Shown: one piece after another, positions 52,504 to 64,000 of the stretch | Numbering within the stretch: the first letter of the stretch is position 1 | How the letters are laid out: every line of letters starts with the position of its first letter | Position numbers and translations under genes: made by a program | Notes under the pieces: generated by a model | The model's input: only the letters and a program-made list of their open reading frames with translations | What the model was told of the DNA's origin: nothing | The model's database searches: none | Assembly (NCBI GenBank): GCA_964247055.1 | Contig: OZ176060.1 | Coordinates: forward strand, 1,054,001 to 1,118,000 | From: Paragordius varius | Lineage: Eukaryota > Animalia > Nematomorpha | DNA: 64,000 bases | Direction of reading: 5' to 3'

Positions 52504-54832
52504 AAAAATAACAATGTTTCATTCAAAAATAACATTTTTATTCTTCTTCTCTATATACATATATATATAATAACAAAAATAACAAAAGACACTCATTTCA
52601 TCACATATATAAATGAGAGAGAAAGAGAGAAACACAACTACAACAACAACAACTACTAGTGTATGTGAGAGAGAGTGTAACACACCACCATCACACACAC
52701 AACAAGAGTGATGACGTCATCACTCTTGTTGTGTGTGTGATGGACACAACTACTCACTCACTTGTTAATTAATGAAGAAGAAGAAGAAGAGAAGAGAGAG
52801 AAGAAGGTTTTGTTGTTGATTCTTGTTGAGACATACACATATACAAGATTGAATGAATGAATGAAGAAAATGTTACACTACTACTACTAGAAGAAGAATG
52901 AAGAATATTGTTGTAGAATGATGAATACTCTTGATTTTTATACTGTTTTTTGACTAAAAATGACATTTTTAAGACAACTTTAATAAAAATTAATGAATAA
53001 TATGGTTGAAAATGACAATTTTGACAATTTTTTAGATAAAAATGAAGATTTTTTGACATTTTTAATGAAAATTATGAATATTTAGGTTGAATACTGACAA
53101 ATTTGATACTTTTTAAGCTTATTGTAGTGAAAATTAATGAATAAATGACTAATTTTTGAAGAATTTTGATTTTTTTCATCTAAAATTGAGTTTTTTTTCT
53201 AATTTTTCACTGAAAAAATGAATTTTTTCTTAAATTTTTGACAAAAAAGTGAAATTTTGGTTGAAATTTATCAAAAATTGATGCAAAATTGAACAAAAAT
53301 TTCAAAAATTAACACTTTTTTGATGAAAAAATCAATTTTTTGAATATTTTTGAGTAAAAATTGACAATTTTCATGTGATTATTCAATAATTCTAGAAAAA
53401 ATGAGTAAAAATGAGTAAAAACAATCAAAAATAAGTTAAAAATTGCAATTTTTACTGGAAAAATGAATTTTATTTTGAATATCATGAATAAAAATGTTAT
53501 TTTCTCCTAAAATGTATCGAAAAATTCTTCAAAAATAAGTAAAAACTCTCAAAATTGTCAAATTTAAACAAAAAAATTGACATTTTGCAACAAAAATATT
53601 CTTTATTAAACAAAAAAAATCAAAAAATACTCAAAAAATGAATAAAATTAAAAAAAATTCAAAAAAATTCTTAAAATTGTCCTATTATAACACAAAAAAT
53701 AACAATGTTTCATTCAAAAATAACATTTTTATTCTTCTTCTCTATATACATATATATATAATAACAAAAATAACAAAAGACACTCATTTCATCACATATA
53801 TAAATGAGAGAGAAAGAGAGAAACACAACTACAACAACAACAACTACTAGTGTATGTGAGAGAGAGTGTAACACACCACCATCACACACACAACAAGAGT
53901 GATGACGTCATCACTCTTGTTGTGTGTGTGATGGACACAACTACTCACTCACTTGTTAATTAATGAAGAAGAAGAAGAAGAGAAGAGAGAGAAGAAGGTT
54001 TTGTTGTTGATTCTTGTTGACACACAAACACATATACAAGATTGAATGAATGAATGAAGAAAATGTTACACTACTACTACTAGAAGAAGAATGAAGAATA
54101 TTGTTGTAGAATGATGAATACTCTTGATTTTTATACTGTTTTTTGACTAAAAATGACATTTTTAAGACAACTTTAATAAAAATTAATGAATAATATGGTT
54201 GAAAATGACAATTTTGACAATTTTTTAGATAAAAATGAAGATTTTTTGACATTTTTAATGAAAATTATGAATATTTAGGTTGAATACTGACAAATTTGAT
54301 ACTTTTTAAGCTTATTGTAGTGAAAATTAATGAATAAATGACTAATTTTTGAAGAATTTTGATTTTTTTCATCTAAAATTGAGTTTTTTTTCTAATTTTT
54401 CACTGAAAAAATGAATTTTTTCTTAAATTTTTGACAAAAAAGTGAAATTTTGGTTGAAATTTATCAAAAATTGATGCAAAATTGAACAAAAATTTCAAAA
54501 ATTAACACTTTTTTGATGAAAAAATCAATTTTTTGAATATTTTTGAGTAAAAATTGACAATTTTCATGTGATTATTCAATAATTCTAGAAAAAATGAGTA
54601 AAAATGAGTAAAAACAATCAAAAATAAGTTAAAAATTGCAATTTTTACTGGAAAAATGAATTTTATTTTGAATATCATGAATAAAAATGTTATTTTCTCC
54701 TAAAATGTATCGAAAAATTCTTCAAAAATAAGTAAAAACTCTCAAAATTGTCAAATTTAAACAAAAAAATTGACATTTTGCAACAAAAATATTCTTTATT
54801 AAACAAAAAAAATCAAAAAATACTCAAAAAAT
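52504..54832 (+). repeat. Near-identical tandem duplication, period 1191-1193 bp (about 2 copies)
   Basis: Dyads 52715/53906; a 2-bp difference in the (CA)n tract downstream. Confidence 0.88.
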
Positions 54833-57800
54833 CATCATTTTCAACAAAAAAATTAAAAAAATTCAAAAATAATATTCAAAATTAACAATATTACACCAAA
54901 AATAACAATGTTTCATTCAAAAATAACAATATTCATTCTTCTTCTCTATATATACATATATATATAATAATAACAAAAATAACAAATAAAAATAACAAAT
55001 GACACTCATTTCATCCATCAAAAATGAGAGAGAAACACCACATTCATTCTTCACCATGTACAACTACAACAACAACAACAACTAGTAGTGTGTGTGAGAG
55101 AGAGAGTGCAACAACAACACTCACCACAAGAGTGATGACGTCATCACTCTTGTGGTGAGTGTTGTTGTGGTGAAGAAGAATATTATTATTATTATTATAG
55201 TAGAAGAAGAAGAAGAAGAGAAGAAGAAGAATGTTTTTGTTGTTGATTCTTGTTGAGACACACACATATATACATGATTGAGTGAATGAATGAAGAAAAT
55301 GTTACACACAACTACTAAAGAAGAATGAAGAAGAAATTGTTGAAGAAGTGATGAATATTCTTGTTTTATATACTGTTTTTTGAATAAAAATAAGAATTTT
55401 TGACATTTTTAATAAAATTATTAATATTTTTAGTTGAAAATGACATTTTTTCTACAATTTTAATGAAAAACAAGATTAATTCTGTGTTAAGATGACAATT
55501 TTTACACTTTTTTCGATGATTTACTCAACAATTTTGGACATTCTTAATCAAATTATGAATATTTTTGTTGAAAATTGACATTTTTGATACTTTTTAATGT
55601 TTTTCTAGTGAAAATTCATGAATAATTGAGTTAAAAATTGAAAAATCTATAGTTTTTTCATGAAAATTTGAGTTTTTTTCTAATTTTTCACTAATAAAAT
55701 GAATTTTATCTCTATTTTTTGACTAAAAAATGAATTTTTAGTTGAAATTTCTTTAAAATTCTCACAAAATTGAACAAAAATTTGAGAAATTGACACTTTT
55801 TTTGAATAAAAATTGATTTTTGTTGAATTTTTTGACTTAAAATTGAATATTTGAATGATAATTATCTAAAATTCTTGAAAAAATGAGTAAAAATTAGAAA
55901 AAATGAGAAAAACAACTAAAATATCCACAAAATATTCATATAATCATCAAAAATGTCATTTCTTAAAACAAAAAATTCTTCAAAAATATTAATTTTAATC
56001 AAAAAATCATCATTTTCAACAAAAAAATTAAAAAAATTCAAAAATAATATTCAAAATTAACAATATTACACCAAAAATAACAATGTTTCATTCAAAAATA
56101 ACAATATTCATTCTTCTTCTCTATATATACATATATATATAATAATAACAAAAATAACAAATAAAAATAACAAATGACACTCATTTCATCCATCAAAAAT
56201 GAGAGAGAAACACCACATTCATTCTTCACCATGTACAACTACAACAACAACAACAACTAGTAGTGTGTGTGAGAGAGAGAGTGCAACAACAACACTCACC
56301 ACAAGAGTGATGACGTCATCACTCTTGTGGTGAGTGTTGTTGTGGTGAAGAAGAATATTATTATTATTATTATAGTAGAAGAAGAAGAAGAAGAGAAGAA
56401 GAAGAATGTTTTTGTTGTTGATTCTTGTTGAGACACACACATATATACATGATTGAGTGAATGAATGAAGAAAATGTTACACACAACTACTAAAGAAGAA
56501 TGAAGAAGAAATTGTTGAAGAAGTGATGAATATTCTTGTTTTATATACTGTTTTTTGAATAAAAATAAGAATTTTTGACATTTTTAATAAAATTATTAAT
56601 ATTTTTAGTTGAAAATGACATTTTTTCTACAATTTTAATGAAAAACAAGATTAATTCTGTGTTAAGATGACAATTTTTACACTTTTTTCGATGATTTACT
56701 CAACAATTTTGGACATTCTTAATCAAATTATGAATATTTTTGTTGAAAATTGACATTTTTGATACTTTTTAATGTTTTTCTAGTGAAAATTCATGAATAA
56801 TTGAGTTAAAAATTGAAAAATCTATAGTTTTTTCATGAAAATTTGAGTTTTTTTCTAATTTTTCACTAATAAAATGAATTTTATCTCTATTTTTTGACTA
56901 AAAAATGAATTTTTAGTTGAAATTTCTTTAAAATTCTCACAAAATTGAACAAAAATTTGAGAAATTGACACTTTTTTTGAATAAAAATTGATTTTTGTTG
57001 AATTTTTTGACTTAAAATTGAATATTTGAATGATAATTATCTAAAATTCTTGAAAAAATGAGTAAAAATTAGAAAAAATGAGAAAAACAACTAAAATATC
57101 CACAAAATATTCATATAATCATCAAAAATGTCATTTCTTAAAACAAAAAATTCTTCAAAAATATTAATTTTAATCAAAAAATCATCATTTTCAACAAAAA
57201 AATTAAAAAAATTCAAAAATAATATTCAAAATTAACAATATTACACCAAAAATAACAATGTTTCATTCAAAAATAACAATATTCATTCTTCTTCTCTATA
57301 TATACATATATATATAATAATAACAAAAATAACAAATAAAAATAACAAATGACACTCATTTCATCCATCAAAAATGAGAGAGAAACACCACATTCATTCT
57401 TCACCATGTACAACTACAACAACAACAACAACTAGTAGTGTGTGTGAGAGAGAGAGTGCAACAACAACACTCACCACAAGAGTGATGACGTCATCACTCT
57501 TGTGGTGAGTGTTGTTGTGGTGAAGAAGAATATTATTATTATTATTATAGTAGAAGAAGAAGAAGAAGAGAAGAAGAAGAATGTTTTTGTTGTTGATTCT
57601 TGTTGAGACACACACATATATACATGATTGAGTGAATGAATGAAGAAAATGTTACACACAACTACTAAAGAAGAATGAAGAAGAAATTGTTGAAGAAGTG
57701 ATGAATATTCTTGTTTTATATACTGTTTTTTGAATAAAAATAAGAATTTTTGACATTTTTAATAAAATTATTAATATTTTTAGTTGAAAATGACATTTTT

Positions 57801-59122
57801 TCTACAATTTTAATGAAAAACAAGATTAATTCTGTGTTAAGATGACAATTTTTACACTTTTTTCGATGATTTACTCAACAATTTTGGACATTCTTAATCA
57901 AATTATGAATATTTTTGTTGAAAATTGACATTTTTGATACTTTTTAATGTTTTTCTAGTGAAAATTCATGAATAATTGAGTTAAAAATTGAAAAATCTAT
58001 AGTTTTTTCATGAAAATTTGAGTTTTTTTCTAATTTTTCACTAATAAAATGAATTTTATCTCTATTTTTTGACTAAAAAATGAATTTTTAGTTGAAATTT
58101 CTTTAAAATTCTCACAAAATTGAACAAAAATTTGAGAAATTGACACTTTTTTTGAATAAAAATTGATTTTTGTTGAATTTTTTGACTTAAAATTGAATAT
58201 TTGAATGATAATTATCTAAAATTCTTGAAAAAATGAGTAAAAATTAGAAAAAATGAGAAAAACAACTAAAATATCCACAAAATATTCATATAATCATCAA
58301 AAATGTCATTTCTTAAAACAAAAAATTCTTCAAAAATATTAATTTTAATCAAAAAATCATCATTTTCAACAAAAAAATTAAAAAAATTCAAAAATAATAT
58401 TCAAAATTAACAATATTACACCAAAAATAACAATGTTTCATTCAAAAATAACAATATTCATTCTTCTTCTCTATATATACATATATATATAATAATAACA
58501 AAAATAACAAATAAAAATAACAAATGACACTCATTTCATCCATCAAAAATGAGAGAGAAACACCACATTCATTCTTCACCATGTACAACTACAACAACAA
58601 CAACAACTAGTAGTGTGTGTGAGAGAGAGAGTGCAACAACAACACTCACCACAAGAGTGATGACGTCATCACTCTTGTGGTGAGTGTTGTTGTGGTGAAG
58701 AAGAATATTATTATTATTATTATAGTAGAAGAAGAAGAAGAAGAGAAGAAGAAGAATGTTTTTGTTGTTGATTCTTGTTGAGACACACACATATATACAT
58801 GATTGAGTGAATGAATGAAGAAAATGTTACACACAACTACTAAAGAAGAATGAAGAAGAAATTGTTGAAGAAGTGATGAATATTCTTGTTTTATATACTG
58901 TTTTTTGAATAAAAATAAGAATTTTTGACATTTTTAATAAAATTATTAATATTTTTAGTTGAAAATGACATTTTTTCTACAATTTTAATGAAAAACAAGA
59001 TTAATTCTGTGTTAAGATGACAATTTTTACACTTTTTTCGATGATTTACTCAACAATTTTGGACATTCTTAATCAAATTATGAATATTTTTGTTGAAAAT
59101 TGACATTTTTGATACTTTTTAA
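54828..59122 (+). repeat. Near-identical expansion, period 1175 bp (about 3.6 copies)
   Basis: Dyads 55139/56314/57489/58664; identical ORF-track entries offset by 1175. Confidence 0.93.
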
Positions 59123-61448
59123 GGTTTTTTTGAGAAAATTCATGAATAATTGAGTTAAAAATTGAGAAATCTAGAGTTTTTTCATTAAAATTTTAGTTTT
59201 TTTTATAGTTTTTTGAATTAAAATTCATTTTTTTCTTTAGTTTTTGACAAAAAATTGAATTTTTCATTCTTTTTTGAACAAAAATGAAGTTTTTTCTTGA
59301 AATTTTTGAGAAATTCTTACAAAATTTAACAAAAATTTCAAAAATTGACACTTTTTTTGATAAAAAAATCATTTTTTTGAATATTTTTGAGTAAAAATTG
59401 ACAATTTTCATGTGATTATTCAATAATTCTAGAAAAAATGAGTAAAAATGAGTGAAAATGAGTAAAAACAAGCAAAAATAAGTGAAAAATTGCAATTTTT
59501 ACTGGAAAAATAAATTTTATATTAAATTTCATGAATAAAAATGTCAGTTCCATCTATAATGTATGGAAAAATTTCTCAAAAATAAGTAAAAACTGTCTAA
59601 AATTGTCATTTTTCATCAAAAATATTGAGATTTATTAGTAAAATATATTTTTAAAAATCAAAAATTACTCAAAAACAATTAAAAAATACTCAAAAAATTA
59701 AAAAAATTAAAAATATTCTTAAAATTGTCCTATTTTTCATTCAAAAATAACAATGTTTCATTCAAAAATAACATTCTTCATTCTTCTCTATATATATACA
59801 TATACATATATAAGAATAAAAATAACAAATAAAAGTAACAAATGACACTCATTTCATCAATTAAAAGTGTGAGAGAGAGAGAGATGTGTAGCAGCAACAA
59901 CAACAGCAACAAGAGTGATGTGTGTGAGAGAGAGATGTATACACAACTACACTCACAACAAGAGTGATGACGTCATCACTCTTGTTGTGAGTGTAGTTGT
60001 GATGGACACTTGTTAATTAATGAAGAAGAAGAAGAGAAGAGTTGAGATGAAAGAGAGAAGAATGTTTTTGTTGTTGATTCTTGTTGACACACACACACAT
60101 ACAAGATTGAATGAATGAATGAAACAAATGTTACACTACTACTACTAAGAAGAATGAAGAAGAAATTGTTGAAGAAATGAGTGTCATTCTTGATTTTCAT
60201 TCTTTTTTTGAATAAAAATGAAGAATTTTGGACATTTTTACTAAATTTATGAATATTTATGTTTTAAATTGAATATTTTGACACTTTTTTCGATGATTTA
60301 CTCAAGAATTTTGGACATTCTTAATAAAATTATTGATATTTTTGATGAAAATTGACAATTTTGACACATTTTTTGATTTTTACTGAATAATTCTTGAATA
60401 ATTGAGTTAAAAATTGAAAAATCTAGAGTTTTTTCATTAAAATTTGAGTTTTTTTCTAGTTTTTTGAATGAATTTTCATTCTTTTCTCTAATTTTTGACA
60501 AAAAATTGAATTTTTAGTTGAAATTTAGGAAAAATTCTTGAAAAAATGAATAAAATTTCAAAAAATAACACTTTTTTTGATGAAAAAATGATTTTTTTCT
60601 CAAATATCTGAATAAAATTTGAATTTTTTCTTAAAATTTAGCAAAAAATCTTCAAAAAATGAATAAAAATTAGAAAAAATGAGTAAAATTTACTTAAATT
60701 TAGAATTTTTTGAATAAAAACTAAATTATTCCTACTTAAAAATGAGAAATTTAATTAAAAAATGAGTAAAAACTATAAAAAATGACCAAAAATAAATAGA
60801 ATATCAAAAAAATATTCAAAAATTCTTCAAAAATGTCATTTATGAACCAAAAAAATGATAAAAAATAACAAAAACAAATAAAAAATTAAAAAAATATTTA
60901 AAAATTAATAAAAAATACTCAAAAAATGAATAAAATTAAAAAAATTCTTAAAATTGTCCTATTATTCAACACAAAAATAACAATATTCTTCTTCTCTATA
61001 TACATATATATATATAATAACAAAAATAACAAATAAAAATAACAAATCAAAATAACAAATGACACTCATTTCATCCACATACATAAATGAGAAACAGAGT
61101 CACACAACCACAACTACAACAACACACACATCACTACTCTTGTATATGTATGCGTGTGAGAGAGAGAGAGAGAGTGTAACAACAACAACACTCACAACAA
61201 GAGTGATGACGTCATCACTCTTGTTGTGAGTGTTGTTGTGAGTGATGAAGAAGAAGAAGAGAAGAGTTGAGAGAGAGAGAAGAAGGTTTTTGTTGTTGAT
61301 TCTTGTTGACACACACACACATACATGATTAAATGAATGAATGAAGAAAATGTTACACTACTACTAGAAGAAGAATGAAGAATATTGTTGTAGAAATGAT
61401 GAATAATCTTGATTTTTATACTGTTTTTTGACTAAAAATGACATTGTT

Positions 61449-64000
61449 GAGACAATTTTACTAGATTTACTAATAATTTTGTTGAAAATTAACAATTTTT
61501 ATACATTTTTTGATGAAAATGAATGTTTTTTGGACAATTTTGATGAATATTTATGAATATTATTGTTAAAATTGACATTTTTGACACATTTTTGATGATT
61601 TGCTCAACATTTCATGAATAAATGACTAAAAAGTTGAAGAATTTTGAGTTTTTTTCTGTTTTTTTTGACTAAACTATGAATTTTTCTCTTATTTTTCAAT
61701 AAATTTTGAGTTTTTTCTTGAAATTTTTCTAAAATTCTCACAAAAATGAAGAAAAATTAGAAAAATTATCATTTTTTTTGAGTAAAAATTGATTTTTTTT
61801 GAATTTTTTGAGTTAAAATTGAATATTTAAATGATAATTATCTAAAATTCTTGTAAAAATGAGTGAAAATTAGAAAAAATAAGTAAAAATTTGTTAATTT
61901 TAGTGTAAAAATTCATTTTTTCTTCTTCAAAATTGACATTACCCAATTAAAAAATGTTAAAAATAAGAAAAAACTAGAAAAAATAAGTAAAAATTCACAA
62001 AATATTCAAAAAATGTTCAAAAATGTCATTTTTAAACTCAAAAATTAATAAAAAATAACAAAAATAATTAAAAAATACTCAAAAACAATTAAAAACAATT
62101 AGAAAATTAACAAAATTCAACTAAAAATTAAAAAAATTCTTAAAATTGTCCTATTTTTCATTGAAAAATAACATTTTTCATTCTTTATATATACATATAT
62201 ATAATAACAAAAATAACAAATCAAAAATAACAAACATCACTCATTTCATCCACATACATAAATGAGAGAGAGAGAGAAACACACCCACATTCACCATGTA
62301 CAACAACTACAACTACTAGTGTGTGTGTGAGAGAGTGGAGAGAGAGAGTGTGTGAGAGAGTGTAACACAACAACACTCACCACAAGAGTGATGACGTCAT
62401 CACTCTTGTGGTGAGTGTTGTTGTGATGGACACTTACTCATTTAATAATGAAGAAGAAGAAGAGAAGAGTAGAGAGAGAAGAAGGTTTTTGTTGTTGATT
62501 CTTGTTGACACAAACACATATATACATGAATGAATGAATGAATGAAGAGAATGTTACACTACTACTATAGAAGAATGAAGAATATTGTTGAAGAAATGAG
62601 TGTTATTCTTGTTTTTCAACAATTTTTGAATAAAAATGAGTATTTTTGAGACAATTTTACTAGATTTACTAATAATTTTGTTGAAAATTAACAATTTTTA
62701 TACATTTTTTGATGAAAATGAATGTTTTTTGGACAATTTTGATGAATATTTATGAATATTATTGTTAAAATTGACATTTTTGACACATTTTTGATGATTT
62801 GCTCAACATTTCATGAATAAATGACTAAAAAGTTGAAGAATTTTGAGTTTTTTTCTGTTTTTTTTGACTAAACTATGAATTTTTCTCTTATTTTTCAATA
62901 AATTTTGAGTTTTTTCTTGAAATTTTTCTAAAATTCTCACAAAAATGAAGAAAAATTAGAAAAATTATCATTTTTTTTGAGTAAAAATTGATTTTTTTTG
63001 AATTTTTTGAGTTAAAATTGAATATTTAAATGATAATTATCTAAAATTCTTGTAAAAATGAGTGAAAATTAGAAAAAATAAGTAAAAATTTGTTAATTTT
63101 AGTGTAAAAATTCATTTTTTCTTCTTCAAAATTGACATTACCCAATTAAAAAATGTTAAAAATAAGAAAAAACTAGAAAAAATAAGTAAAAATTCACAAA
63201 ATATTCAAAAAATGTTCAAAAATGTCATTTTTAAACTCAAAAATTAATAAAAAATAACAAAAATAATTAAAAAATACTCAAAAACAATTAAAAACAATTA
63301 GAAAATTAACAAAATTCAACTAAAAATTAAAAAAATTCTTAAAATTGTCCTATTTTTCATTGAAAAATAACATTTTTCATTCTTTATATATACATATATA
63401 TAATAACAAAAATAACAAATCAAAAATAACAAACATCACTCATTTCATCCACATACATAAATGAGAGAGAGAGAGAAACACACCCACATTCACCATGTAC
63501 AACAACTACAACTACTAGTGTGTGTGTGAGAGAGTGGAGAGAGAGAGTGTGTGAGAGAGTGTAACACAACAACACTCACCACAAGAGTGATGACGTCATC
63601 ACTCTTGTGGTGAGTGTTGTTGTGATGGACACTTACTCATTTAATAATGAAGAAGAAGAAGAGAAGAGTAGAGAGAGAAGAAGGTTTTTGTTGTTGATTC
63701 TTGTTGACACAAACACATATATACATGAATGAATGAATGAATGAAGAGAATGTTACACTACTACTATAGAAGAATGAAGAATATTGTTGAAGAAATGAGT
63801 GTTATTCTTGTTTTTCAACAATTTTTGAATAAAAATGAGTATTTTTGAGACAATTTTACTAGATTTACTAATAATTTTGTTGAAAATTAACAATTTTTAT
63901 ACATTTTTTGATGAAAATGAATGTTTTTTGGACAATTTTGATGAATATTTATGAATATTATTGTTAAAATTGACATTTTTGACACATTTTTGATGATTTG
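61449..64000 (+). repeat. Near-identical expansion, period 1199 bp (at least 2.1 copies, open at window end)
   Basis: Dyads 62395/63594; GAGACAATTTTACTAGATTTAC recurs at about 61449, 62648 and 63847. Confidence 0.9.

Larger units (their letters stand above)
16420..64000. repeat. Tandem array of the same monomer, right block (39 dyads), same orientation, runs off the window end
   Basis: Dyad centres at 17230, 18480, 19616, 20837, 22175, 23415, 24682, 26057, 27269, 28490, 29711, 30932, 32153, 33374, 34595, 35767, 37071, 38233, 39412, 40620, 41869, 43101, 44387, 45596, 46805, 48071, 49267, 50430, 51596, 52715, 53906, 55139, 56314, 57489, 58664, 59971, 61210, 62395, 63594; spacing 1119-1375 bp. 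The first ~300 bp (16420-16720) is more diverged, so the left edge is uncertain. Confidence 0.97.

Noticed and set aside
423-61318. ORF-track entries in the array (60-153 aa), e.g. recurring HKSDDVITLVVSVVV
   Set aside because: They are translations of the palindrome and microsatellites, appear in different frames and strands in different monomers, are broken by non-triplet indels, and show no codon-level conservation.
613-63624. CRISPR-like reading (palindromic repeats with spacers)
   Set aside because: Spacers are about 1.1-1.3 kb and homologous to each other, the repeats are loop-less 52-60 bp dyads, and there are no cas genes.
613-63624. Protelomerase/hairpin-telomere junctions or viral homologous-region origins
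   Set aside because: Only the palindrome size is similar. There is no resolvase or viral gene, the monomers are head-to-tail at sequence level, and I recognise no target sequence.
1-64000. Array of MITEs or foldback transposons
   Set aside because: No discrete termini or target-site duplications delimit a monomer; spacers are continuous and mosaic.

Overview
Very AT-rich, eukaryote-like non-genic DNA; the taxon cannot be identified from the sequence. About 60 of the 64 kb is one tandem array of a ~1.12-1.39 kb monomer: 49 copies, all in the same orientation, 10 before and 39 after a single interruption. Each monomer has a run of microsatellite modules, an A/T-tract spacer whose G/C skew flips midway, and a loop-less 52-60 bp palindrome centred on TGACGTCA (GATGACGTCATC in 48 of 49). 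The main signal is that the palindrome arms differ between monomers (at least 8 haplotypes, including symmetric indels) but match perfectly within a monomer in 46 of 49 copies. This points to ongoing arm-to-arm correction or selection for a cruciform/hairpin. The array is a patchwork with several recent near-identical expansions (e.g. about 7.6 x 1221 bp). A ~4 kb island (about 12.47-16.4 kb) interrupts one spacer. It holds six degenerate ~200-250 bp repeats whose conserved core differs almost only at synonymous positions of a hidden frame (LDGALNPDLKKDVSEKFGAGGSDLLITVQK), followed by clusters of GCATTCWTTCA and AGACGA motifs. None of the supplied ORFs looks like a real gene, and no rRNA, tRNA, CRISPR array or intact transposon was seen. 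All coordinates and alignments were read by eye, so block edges are approximate.
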